DNA from: Flavobacteriales bacterium
GTDB taxonomy: Bacteria > Bacteroidota > Bacteroidia > Flavobacteriales_F > PHOS-HE28
Direction: 5' to 3'
Assembly (NCBI GenBank): GCA_016699575.1
Contig: CP064979.1
Span: 400,824-464,823 of the forward strand
DNA length: 64,000 nt
A program made the position numbers and the translations under genes. How positions within the stretch are numbered: position 1 is the stretch's first letter; every line of letters begins with the position of its first letter. Under the pieces are notes generated by a model. The model was given only the letters and a program-made list of their open reading frames with translations. It was not told the DNA's origin and made no database searches. Shown piece after piece: positions 1-8,471 of the stretch.

Positions 1-284
1 TCGGCATCGACGAAAACGCGAGTGAGATGGCCACGAGCGGATTGACCGTTTCCGTGAACGGCGATGCCGCCAATTTGGTGCTGGAAGGATTGAACAACGA
101 TGACCTGCTCACGCTATCGCTGGTGGACATGGACGGCCGCACCGTCATGGAACGCGCGGCGAAGCCCGTTGGAAAGCGCCTTGCCGACACCATCATACTG
201 CGCGACCTGTCAAGCGGCGCCTATTTCGTGCGCCTGACGAAGAGCGGGTTCCAAAAGGTGCAACGCATTGTTGTAGCCCGATGA
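1..284 (+). CDS. C-terminal fragment of a T9SS-secreted protein (Por secretion C-terminal sorting domain); 5' end lies outside the window
   Basis: The translation ends ...DLSSGAYFVRLTKSGFQKVQRIVVAR, typical of a T9SS type-A C-terminal domain. The frame is open to the window start. Confidence 0.55.
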   Translation, partial: GIDENASEMATSGLTVSVNGDAANLVLEGLNNDDLLTLSLVDMDGRTVMERAAKPVGKRLADTIILRDLSSGAYFVRLTKSGFQKVQRIVVAR

Positions 285-619
285 GAGCGATCATCACCCT
301 CGTGGTCGCATCGGCCGCACTGATCGGTTGCCGCAAGCAACAAGCCGCAACGGACGCTCCCCCACCTCCACCACCGGCGGACATCACCGATTTCCAAACC
401 GGTGTGGTGACAACCGCATACGCGGACAATGGTTGTGCGCTGCTGGTCGAGATGGCCAACGCAGAGGGACCCAAGCTGCTCATCCCCATGGGGCTCGATG
501 AGAAGTTCGCGAAGCACGGGTTGAAACTGAAGTTCAAATTCACACCATCGCGCGCGCCGCAGGGTTCGTGCATGGAAGGCCGACCGGCGGTCCTTGAGGA
601 AGTGAGCATCCTGAAGTAA
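281..619 (+). CDS. small lipoprotein with a poly-proline linker, hypothetical
   Basis: N-terminus MRAIITLVVASAALIGC has a lipobox Cys and is followed by PPPPPP. The start overlaps the upstream stop (ATGA). Confidence 0.45.
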   Translation: MRAIITLVVASAALIGCRKQQAATDAPPPPPPADITDFQTGVVTTAYADNGCALLVEMANAEGPKLLIPMGLDEKFAKHGLKLKFKFTPSRAPQGSCMEGRPAVLEEVSILK

Positions 620-622
620 GGC

Positions 623-2323
623 ATGGAGGCCAGGACCGCTTCGCCGCCCGGGCAATGCGATGTGGTGGTGATCGGTGCAGGTATGGGCGGTCTCACGGCC
701 GCTGCGCTGCTCTCACGCGCAGGCTTGAGCGTGCAGGTGTTGGAGATGGACGCGCGGCCGGGCGGCTACCTCGCAGGCTTCCGCCGCAAGGATTTCCGGT
801 TCGACAGCGCTATCCACTGGCTGAACCAGCTCGGGCCGAAGGGCATTGTCACGCGGGTGTTCCAAGCCATCGGCAGTGATCATCCGAAGGCGGCAGCGCA
901 AACCCTCATCAAACGCTACAAAGGGCGTTCGTTCGACTACCTGCTCACCAACAGGCCCGATGATCTGAAGGCGCAACTCATCCGCGATTTCCCTGCCGAT
1001 CGCAGCGGCATCGAACGCTTCTTCCGCGACGCCGAACGATTGGGAAGGGCTTTCGATGGCATGGGCAGCTTCTTCCGAACGGAGGAATCGATGCTCCACT
1101 GTGAACGCCCTCTCCACATGATGAAGAAGTTGCGGTTCGCATTGCCCTTCATCCCCCACTTGCGCTACAGCGGCAGCACAGGCATCGATAAGGGGCTGCG
1201 CAAGTACTTCAGCGACGCACGCCTGCGCACGGTGTTCGCCAGCGAGATGGACATCCTCAGTTGCCTGGTGCCTGTGGCATGGGCGTACTACGGCGACTAC
1301 CAGATGCCGCCCATCGGCGGTAGCCAAGTGATGCCGGAATGGTTGTGCCATGTCATTGAGAAGTTGGGCAATACTGTTCACTACCACTGCCGTGTGACGG
1401 AAGTACAAGTGAACGATGGGCGCGCCGTTGGCGTGCGGCTGGCGCTACGTGGCGTGGAGCGCGAGATCCGCTGCAAGGCCGTGGTGGCTGCCTGCGATGT
1501 GGAAGCGCTCTACGAACGGATGCTGCCTTCCGCGGCCGTGCCGGAAAAGCTGAAAGCCAAGCTGCGCGAAGCCGAGCTCTATCCGAGCAGCATCACCGTG
1601 TCGCTGGGGCTCGATAAACCGGCGCAGGAACTGGGCTTCGGCGAGGAGATGATCTTCCTGTGCGATGAGTCCGTGCCGCGTGAGCGTCAATGCAGCGGCC
1701 AGCCGGAAGAGAGCGGCATCAGCATCCTGGCTCCATCACTTCGCGACCCATCGCTTGCCCCGGCCGGCTTGGGCACGCTCACACTGTACATCCCAGCCGA
1801 CTTCGATCTGCACGCGCAGTGGCGAACATCGGAGGGCGCAGAACGCGGGGATGCGTACGAAGCGCTGAAGAAGGACTACGCGGACCGATTGATCGCTCGT
1901 GTGGAGGAAAGCATCGCCCCGGGCCTGTCGAAACATGTTGTCTGGTGCGATGTGGCCACGCCCATCACGCACTGGCGCTACACGGGCAACCGCAACGGCA
2001 GCATCATGGGTGCGCGCCCGGGCAAGAAGAATTTCCAGCTGGGCATCGCGCATTACCGCACACCCGTGAAACACCTCTACCTCGGGGGCCACTGGGCCGA
2101 GCTTGGCGGTGGCGTACCCATCGCCACGCGTGCCGGGGCGAACGCGGCGCTCCTGGTGCTCTGCGATCTGAAGCACCCGGCGGCCAAACCCTTGGCCAGG
2201 TACATGGACGGCCGGATCGCACCAATGGACCTGGACAGGTCAGGGCATTTCAAACCTTACCCCGGCGACTGGGTGCGCGAAGCGACCCCGGCGGAGAAGA
2301 AGGCGGCCAGAGCGGGCACGTGA
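623..2323 (+). CDS. NAD(P)/FAD-dependent oxidoreductase, phytoene desaturase (CrtI) family
   Basis: N-terminal dinucleotide-binding motif VVVIGAGMGGLTAAALL....LE. About 560 aa with CrtI-like architecture. Paralog of the gene at 35070-36590. Confidence 0.75.
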   Translation: MEARTASPPGQCDVVVIGAGMGGLTAAALLSRAGLSVQVLEMDARPGGYLAGFRRKDFRFDSAIHWLNQLGPKGIVTRVFQAIGSDHPKAAAQTLIKRYKGRSFDYLLTNRPDDLKAQLIRDFPADRSGIERFFRDAERLGRAFDGMGSFFRTEESMLHCERPLHMMKKLRFALPFIPHLRYSGSTGIDKGLRKYFSDARLRTVFASEMDILSCLVPVAWAYYGDYQMPPIGGSQVMPEWLCHVIEKLGNTVHYHCRVTEVQVNDGRAVGVRLALRGVEREIRCKAVVAACDVEALYERMLPSAAVPEKLKAKLREAELYPSSITVSLGLDKPAQELGFGEEMIFLCDESVPRERQCSGQPEESGISILAPSLRDPSLAPAGLGTLTLYIPADFDLHAQWRTSEGAERGDAYEALKKDYADRLIARVEESIAPGLSKHVVWCDVATPITHWRYTGNRNGSIMGARPGKKNFQLGIAHYRTPVKHLYLGGHWAELGGGVPIATRAGANAALLVLCDLKHPAAKPLARYMDGRIAPMDLDRSGHFKPYPGDWVREATPAEKKAARAGT

Positions 2324-2353
2324 CCGTCCGCTTCCTTCCTGCATCTTCGCTGC

Positions 2354-3349
2354 ATGAAGAAGTCCGTTGTCCTTTCAGTGCTGCTGCTGGCCAGCACTTG
2401 GTCCGTTGCGCAGGATCGCATCATCATAGTGCCCAATTGGAACGTGGGCGATCAACGCCGCCTGCACTACACGGAGAAGACGTACGAGATGGAGAACGAC
2501 ACGGTGCGCATCGACACCCAAGAGGAATGGGACGCGAGCCTGAAAGTGACCAAGAGCACTGCCGCAGCCTTCATTGTGGAATTGGTGCATAAGGACGCCA
2601 CAATGCGCCAGCTCGAGGATTTCCACAACAAGATCGGATCGGCACCGAAGTACAAGGATCTCGTACTTCGTTACAAAGTGGACAAGAAGACCGGCAAGAC
2701 CGAACTGGAGAACTGGAAGGAGGCGCAGCAGTTCGTGCAGGGCGAGTTCGAGTTGATAGCGAAGGCGGTCGGCGAGGAAGACGCGGAAGCCGGGGCAGCG
2801 ATGGAGGCCATTCTCTCACCGCTCACTTCACTCCTGGACGATGAGGCCAAGGTGAAATCCTACTTCAATGACGAGCTCGGGTTCCTTACGAGTGCATACG
2901 GTCATGATCTGATGCAGCGGGACACCTTGCGCATCGTGGAAAAGGGCGAGAACCCGTTGCAACCCGGCGACAGTCTCTCCACAACCACTTTGATGACGAT
3001 CAGCAGCCATGACCTGGCGAAGCAGCGGATGGTGGTGCGGACCGAAGTCATCTTCGACATGAGCAAATTCGTGGAGATGATGAAGAGCATGATGGTGCAA
3101 ATGATCGAAGCCTTCGCCAAAGCCGATGCCAATAGCAAAGGCAAGGAGAAGGAGATCGCAGAAGCCAAGAAAAAGATGCAAGAGGCGATGGACAGCATGG
3201 AGATGTCGGTAAAGAACCAAACCCTCACCACCATCAACACGCTCACGTCGTGGCCGGTGAAAGTCGTTACCACGGCGCGCGTTACCGCGAAGGAACCTAG
3301 GAAGACAAGCCTGCGCACAGTGACGCGCACGGTTGACGTGCGAGAGTGA
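2354..3349 (+). CDS. secreted hypothetical protein with a Lys/Glu-rich C-terminal region
   Basis: Signal peptide MKKSVVLSVLLLASTWSVAQ. I recognise no conserved motif. Confidence 0.5.
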   Translation: MKKSVVLSVLLLASTWSVAQDRIIIVPNWNVGDQRRLHYTEKTYEMENDTVRIDTQEEWDASLKVTKSTAAAFIVELVHKDATMRQLEDFHNKIGSAPKYKDLVLRYKVDKKTGKTELENWKEAQQFVQGEFELIAKAVGEEDAEAGAAMEAILSPLTSLLDDEAKVKSYFNDELGFLTSAYGHDLMQRDTLRIVEKGENPLQPGDSLSTTTLMTISSHDLAKQRMVVRTEVIFDMSKFVEMMKSMMVQMIEAFAKADANSKGKEKEIAEAKKKMQEAMDSMEMSVKNQTLTTINTLTSWPVKVVTTARVTAKEPRKTSLRTVTRTVDVRE

Positions 3350-3444
3350 CGGGATCGAAAAGACGTTAAGTGCGGGCGGGGCGGCAATAAGTGCCGCCCC
3401 GCTGCTGTTGTGCACCAGTCCTTCACCGGCAAACCACTAATACC

Positions 3445-4191
3445 ATGCTGCACACCTCCGCCTTCTGGAAGTACCACTTCCAGCACAACCTCACCGTTCA
3501 ACGCGTCGACTGGTCCACCGCTCCGCAGCTTACGGATGCCGAGCGCGCCAACATCATCTACTCGCTGAAGGCGTGGCAACTGGGCGAGACCAGCGACGGC
3601 CGCCACCTGCTGGCCGCCACACGCAAGTACGCCGCGCGCATCGGCGATCCTGACTACGTGCAGGCGGTGGAACTCTTCATCAAGGAAGAGCAGAAGCACG
3701 GCGGCAACCTTGGCCGGTACATCGATGCCATCGGCGAGCAACGCACGCGCTCCGACTGGGGCGATACGCTGTTCCGTAAGGTGCGCTACTTCAACACCAG
3801 CATGGAGCTCTGGACCATCGCGGTGATCATCGTGGAAAGCGCGGCGCAAGTCTTCTACCAAGCCCTGCACGATGCCACGCACTGTCCGTTGCTCAGGAGC
3901 ATCTGCACCGACATCCTCGTCGATGAAGCGCACCACATCAAGTTCCAGAACGAGCGCCTGCACATCATCTTCCAGCGCAAGGGGTTCTACAACAAGGCGC
4001 TCTCCCTCCTGCTTTACTCCTTCCTGTTCTTCGGCACCATCCACGCCGTGTGGTGGGGCCACCGGCGAGCGCTCAAGGCTGGCGGCGTGGACCGCAAGAC
4101 CTTCATGCGGCGCATGTACTACAAGTTCTTCAGCAGCATGAAGTTCCTGCACGCGGCACCCGCGGCGGAAGAACGCGTGGCATTCGCCTGA
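3445..4191 (+). CDS. ferritin-like di-iron carboxylate protein (possible oxygenase or hydroxylase)
   Basis: Paired ExxH-type motifs (KEEQKH and DEAHH) plus additional Glu residues in predicted helices fit the four-helix di-iron ligand pattern. I took the start as MLHTSAFW rather than the upstream Cys-rich extension. Confidence 0.5.
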   Translation: MLHTSAFWKYHFQHNLTVQRVDWSTAPQLTDAERANIIYSLKAWQLGETSDGRHLLAATRKYAARIGDPDYVQAVELFIKEEQKHGGNLGRYIDAIGEQRTRSDWGDTLFRKVRYFNTSMELWTIAVIIVESAAQVFYQALHDATHCPLLRSICTDILVDEAHHIKFQNERLHIIFQRKGFYNKALSLLLYSFLFFGTIHAVWWGHRRALKAGGVDRKTFMRRMYYKFFSSMKFLHAAPAAEERVAFA

Positions 4192-4194
4192 TCG

Positions 4195-5418
4195 TCAGTT
4201 GCCGCCCTCCTCGAACCGCGCAGGTGCGGTGTTCACCGGGATCGCCTGCGGCACCATTGTCTCGTCGCGGAAGAAGTCGATGGCGTGGAGGTCGATGAGG
4301 TGCACGTCGGTGAAGTAGTGGTGCAGGATATCGGTGTACGTGCGCCCGCGCCGGGCCATGTGCATGGCGCCCTCCTGGCACAAGCCAACGCCGTGGCCGA
4401 AGCCCCGGCCTTCCATGACCACGCTATCCCCTTCCGGTCGGACGGAGAAGAGACCGCTGTTCAGTTTCCAATCGCTGCGCACCTGCACCACGGGAACGGC
4501 CGGGATGATGCCCGGTAGTTGAAGATTGCTTCTGTCCGCGGGAATGTTCACCGCGGCAGCGACCAGCGCACTGTCGTTGATGTTCACCTTCCACTTGCGG
4601 TGCAGGTAGCCGAGCCAATCGCTGCGGCTGATCGTTCGGGTCCAGGTGGCATGCGGTTCTGCCATGCAAAAGGTGTCGACTACCGAGCGCAGGTACGGTT
4701 CGCTCTTGCTCCACACGTTCTCGGCGTTCACCGTGGCCCCACCACAGTTGCTGTGGAAGGTCGCGTGGATGAGCTTGATACCGGCATCCACCAGCACCAT
4801 GTCTTCAGTAGCCGCCACGGCAGCAAGGATGTCCGCATTCTGCGTTCGACCTTGGTACACCTGGCAATGCACGGCGTCGCACACTTCGAAGCCATCGGGC
4901 AGGTGCTTGCGGATGTTGGTGGTGGCGTACGTGCGGCAGGTGACCGCCTGCAGTTTGTAGTACTCGGCGGTGTGGTCCTTGCCTGCTTCGCTTTGTATGA
5001 CACCCGCCGTGTAGTCTTCCATGCCCACATGGTTCGTGAGCGCCAAGCGCCCCCCCTTGGCATCAACGCGCAGGTGGCCCGGGTAGGTGCGCTCAGACAA
5101 CTTGCTATCGAGCACTTTCAACCGGAACGCGCTCTGCGGCACCTTCTGCACCAATTCGATCCATCCGGCAGTGAACGATGCCGCCAGCGACTTCGCCTGC
5201 AACTTGCCGTTCACCACTTCAACACGCAAACCATCGTTGGCCAAAAGTTCGCCCACGCGCCTCCCATCGGCCATGATGTTGTAGCCGCCGCCCGCGCTGA
5301 GCACCACGATGCGCTCAACGTTCTTATCGCGCAGGATGCCGACACGCACCGCCCGCTCCTGGCCTGCCGAACACAGGAAGAGCAGCACGAAAAGACTACT
5401 GAACAAGGCTTTGCCCAT
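4195..5418 (-). CDS. SpoIID/LytB domain protein (peptidoglycan-acting amidase enhancer-like)
   Basis: Signal peptide MGKALFSSLFVLLFLCSAG at the internal ATG at 5418. Conserved SpoIID-family stretches (FHSNCGG, YLRSV). The upstream in-frame extension to 5742 is Arg/Gly-rich noise that overlaps lpxB. Confidence 0.7.
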   Translation of the reverse strand: MGKALFSSLFVLLFLCSAGQERAVRVGILRDKNVERIVVLSAGGGYNIMADGRRVGELLANDGLRVEVVNGKLQAKSLAASFTAGWIELVQKVPQSAFRLKVLDSKLSERTYPGHLRVDAKGGRLALTNHVGMEDYTAGVIQSEAGKDHTAEYYKLQAVTCRTYATTNIRKHLPDGFEVCDAVHCQVYQGRTQNADILAAVAATEDMVLVDAGIKLIHATFHSNCGGATVNAENVWSKSEPYLRSVVDTFCMAEPHATWTRTISRSDWLGYLHRKWKVNINDSALVAAAVNIPADRSNLQLPGIIPAVPVVQVRSDWKLNSGLFSVRPEGDSVVMEGRGFGHGVGLCQEGAMHMARRGRTYTDILHHYFTDVHLIDLHAIDFFRDETMVPQAIPVNTAPARFEEGGN

Positions 5419-5453
5419 GGCGGGCCCGAAACTACCGGGGACGCCTGCGGGCC

Positions 5454-6566
5454 TCAGGCGGTGCTGTTCAGACTTTTCCACACGGCGCTGGCAACACGCG
5501 CTGATGCACCCGCACCTCCCAGCACATGCAGCAGGTCGGCCATGTCGCGGTGCATGTTGTGGCGGTAGTCCGCATCGTGCAATAGCTGGTCGAGCTCGGC
5601 CCGCAGCACGCGCTCCGTCATGTGCTCCTGTATCAGCTCCTGCACCACGGGTTTGTCCATGATGAGGTTCACCAGGCTGATGTACTTCACCTTTACCAGC
5701 CGCTTGGCCAGCCATACGTTCACCGCGCTGCCTTTGTAGCATACAGCTTCAGGAACGCCGAACAGGGCTGTCTCCAGGGTGGCGGTGCCGCTTGTCACCA
5801 GTGCAGCCTTCGACTTCCGCAGCACGCCGTACGTGTCGCCGACCACCAGCTCTGCGTTTGAGCCGCGCATCAATTGCTCATAAAAGCCTCGTGGCACACT
5901 GGGCGCCGCAGCCACCAGGAAATCGTAGCGCGGGAAGTGCTTGGCCGCCGCCAGCATCACCGGAAGCATGGTGCCGATCTCCTGCTTTCTGCTCCCGGGA
6001 AGCAAGGCTACGTACCGGGAATCTTCCTGGGGTATCTCACGCGGTGGGGCACCAGCGATCTCGTCCAGCAAGGGATGCCCGACGAAATCCACCTCCATGC
6101 CATAGCGCGCGTAGAAGTCCTTCTCGAAAGGCAGGATCGTGAACATGCGGTCCACAACCCTTTTGATGGTGTGCACGCGGCCTTTCTTCCATGCCCAGAT
6201 CTGTGGGCTGATGTAGTAGAACACTTTGATGCCCTGCTCGTGGGCCCACTCCGCAATGCGCAGGTTGAAGCCGGGGTAGTCGATGAGAAAGATCGCATCC
6301 GGCTTCCACTGGGCGATGTCCTCCTTGCAGAGGGACATGTTGCGCAGGATGGTGCGCAGGTTCATCACCACTTCGGCAAAGCCCATGAAAGCGAGCTCGC
6401 GGTAGTGCTTCACGATGTGCGCCCCTTCGGCCTGCATGCGGTCACCGCCCCACGCGCGCACATCCACCGAAGGTGCAATGGCGCGCAATGCCTTCAGGAA
6501 GTTGGCTCCGTGCAGGTCGCCGCTGGCCTCGCCGGCTATAACGTACAAACGTTTGGTCATAACCAA
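5454..6566 (-). CDS. lpxB: lipid-A-disaccharide synthase
   Basis: N-terminus LYVIAGEASGDLHGANFLKAL and a full-length GT19 family pattern. Confidence 0.9.
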   Translation of the reverse strand: MVMTKRLYVIAGEASGDLHGANFLKALRAIAPSVDVRAWGGDRMQAEGAHIVKHYRELAFMGFAEVVMNLRTILRNMSLCKEDIAQWKPDAIFLIDYPGFNLRIAEWAHEQGIKVFYYISPQIWAWKKGRVHTIKRVVDRMFTILPFEKDFYARYGMEVDFVGHPLLDEIAGAPPREIPQEDSRYVALLPGSRKQEIGTMLPVMLAAAKHFPRYDFLVAAAPSVPRGFYEQLMRGSNAELVVGDTYGVLRKSKAALVTSGTATLETALFGVPEAVCYKGSAVNVWLAKRLVKVKYISLVNLIMDKPVVQELIQEHMTERVLRAELDQLLHDADYRHNMHRDMADLLHVLGGAGASARVASAVWKSLNSTA

Positions 6567-6889
6567 CCGTGCTTAACCAACTGTTCGAAGATGATGGCCG
6601 GCACCACGTAGAGCGCATAGACGAGCATGGCGATGATCACTCCCCGCATGGCGTTCATCTGCCGCATACGGTCGAAGAAGAAGAACAAGAAAGCATCTGC
6701 TATCAGGCTCAGCGAAACGATCTGCGTCCGATAGACCGGCGTCCCGAGAAAGAGATCATTGACGAACCAGCCGATGTCGTGCTGTGGCCTGATGGCGGTG
6801 ACGTAGATGCCGCCATAGGCGAAGAACCCGAGCACCGGGAAGATCAGGCCGAGCGTGAAGCCCACACCGGTCCGATCAGTGGAGGGCAT
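6557..6889 (-). CDS. small integral membrane protein, hypothetical
   Basis: A 110 aa ORF with three hydrophobic segments. It overlaps both lpxB and surE by about 10-14 bp, so it is probably translationally coupled within the surE-lpxB operon. Confidence 0.45.
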   Translation of the reverse strand: MPSTDRTGVGFTLGLIFPVLGFFAYGGIYVTAIRPQHDIGWFVNDLFLGTPVYRTQIVSLSLIADAFLFFFFDRMRQMNAMRGVIIAMLVYALYVVPAIIFEQLVKHGWL

Positions 6890-7652
6890 GCTTCCATGTG
6901 TTCAGCTCGGCAATGGCATGGTGCGCCGTCATGTCGAACTGCACCGGCACCACGCTAGCAAACCCGTTGTTGACAGCCCACACATCAGTGTCCTCGCCTA
7001 GGTCTGCGTCCTTGAAGCGGCCCTTCAACCAGTAGTAGGCTTTGCCAGTGGGATCGCGGCGCATCTCGAAATCGTCTTCCCAGTTGCCCCAAGCTTGGCG
7101 GCACACGCGCAGTCCCTTGAGCGGTTGGCCCTCGTCCTTCGGTATGTTCACGTTGAGGCAGCTGCCCTTGGGCATGCCTTGCTGCATCACATTGCCGGTA
7201 ACGCTGCGGACGACCGGGCGCACGCGGGTGAAATCCGCGTCGATGCTGTGGTCCATGAGCGAGAAGCCGATGCTCGGGATGCCCTCCAATGCCCCTTCCA
7301 CCGCAGCGCTCATGGTGCCGCTGTACAGCACGTTGATACTGATGTTGCTTCCGTGGTTGATACCGCTCACCAACAGGGCTGGCTTCCCTTTGATGACCTC
7401 GTAGATGGCCAGCTTCACGCAATCGACCGGTGTTCCGCTGCACGCGTATGCTTCGACCCCCTCCGACATTTCCACCTTTTGGAGCCGCAGGTAACTGTGG
7501 ATGGTAATTGCATGGCCCATGGCGCTCTGGGGCTTGTCGGGAGCCACCACCAGGACACGACCGAAAGCCTTCATCTCCTCGGCCAGCGTGCGGATGCCCG
7601 TGGCGGTGATGCCATCGTCGTTGGTGACGAGAATGAGCGGTTGTTCTGCCAT
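6876..7652 (-). CDS. surE: 5'/3'-nucleotidase SurE
   Basis: N-terminus LILVTNDDGITATGIRTLAEE is a SurE signature. Confidence 0.9.
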   Translation of the reverse strand: MAEQPLILVTNDDGITATGIRTLAEEMKAFGRVLVVAPDKPQSAMGHAITIHSYLRLQKVEMSEGVEAYACSGTPVDCVKLAIYEVIKGKPALLVSGINHGSNISINVLYSGTMSAAVEGALEGIPSIGFSLMDHSIDADFTRVRPVVRSVTGNVMQQGMPKGSCLNVNIPKDEGQPLKGLRVCRQAWGNWEDDFEMRRDPTGKAYYWLKGRFKDADLGEDTDVWAVNNGFASVVPVQFDMTAHHAIAELNTWKHALH

Positions 7653-7818
7653 CGGGGCGCGAAGCTAGGTCCATGGGACCATGTGCTCATGTGTCCATGC
7701 TGCCATGTGGCCAATTGCCTCTTCACCAGGACTGGTCAGAACCACCATTGGCATCGCTTACCGAGCATTGCGAAGACGACTACCTTCACATTCAAACTCA
7801 AACATCATGTTAAAGATG

Positions 7819-7882
7819 TCAGTTCAGTCCAGCGCGTTCAGTCCAGCGCGTTCAGTCCAGCGCGTTCAGTCCAGCGCGTTCA
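7819..7882. repeat. tandem repeat, 14 bp unit (TCAGTCCAGCGCGT) x about 4.3 copies
   Basis: Perfect head-to-tail copies are visible in the sequence at 7824-7879, with partial copies at both ends. They lie in the intergenic region upstream of the CDS at 7935. Confidence 0.85.
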
Positions 7883-7934
7883 AGAAGCAAGTAGAAACCG
7901 TGACCGCCGACGAAGGCATTGGTGGCGGTCGATC

Positions 7935-8471
7935 ATGGCAGGGCTTGCTTTGCTCTGCCTCGCACCGGCAGCGCAGGCGGTAACGTACTCCTTCAACAAC
8001 CAAACACTGGCGACGTTCACGGCGCGCATCCAGTATTACACCTTCACCAACGTGCTGGTGAACTTTGGGCTGCTCACCGTACCACCGGGGCAGAACACCT
8101 TCACGTTACCGGCCAACTGCGATAGGATCTTCGGTGTTCGGGTGTACGCCCCTGCAGGTTGCGGAGGGCAAAGCACATTTTTCAAGTGCGCGCAAACGCA
8201 TCCACCGCCTATGTTTCCCCAGGTGCTAGCTGCCTGTGACACGTGCATCAGCATCCCGGACACCTTGGGCAACGTGCAGTACGTGGCGCACGATGGTCCC
8301 TACTGGATCAATACCATGGCCTGTCCGGCACTGAACCCTGGCGGCCCAGGCCCTTTCAAGATCTGCACAGACCACAGCACAGTCAATCAGGTTCTTGACT
8401 ACGGTCCCTGTTGCAACAACAAAGGCTGCCGGATTTCCGGCGCCGTGCCACCTAGCTGCGATTGCCCATGA
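7935..8471 (+). CDS. small secreted cysteine-rich protein (12 Cys in about 155 mature residues)
   Basis: Signal peptide MAGLALLCLAPAAQA. The long upstream extension in the ORF track (7095-) overlaps surE on the opposite strand and is spurious. The stop overlaps the next gene start (ATGA). Confidence 0.55.
   Translation: MAGLALLCLAPAAQAVTYSFNNQTLATFTARIQYYTFTNVLVNFGLLTVPPGQNTFTLPANCDRIFGVRVYAPAGCGGQSTFFKCAQTHPPPMFPQVLAACDTCISIPDTLGNVQYVAHDGPYWINTMACPALNPGGPGPFKICTDHSTVNQVLDYGPCCNNKGCRISGAVPPSCDCP

Noticed and set aside
713-1408. Long antisense ORFs throughout the window (for example 713-1408-, 2902-4152-, 11420-12475-, 12847-14394-, 17810-19372-, 21959-23881-, 27377-28882-, 33598-35037-, 60171-61301-)
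   Set aside because: They lie opposite well-supported genes and their translations are Arg/Ala/Gly/His-rich low-complexity. Their number and length are what high GC content produces (few stop codons). None has a recognisable motif.
7819-7882. Possible CRISPR array
   Set aside because: The 14 bp units are directly abutting with no spacers and no cas genes are present. It is a simple tandem repeat.
7095-7934. 280-codon N-terminal extension of the ORF-track entry 7095-8471
   Set aside because: The extension overlaps surE on the opposite strand and contains the tandem repeat. A clean signal peptide begins at the internal ATG at 7935.
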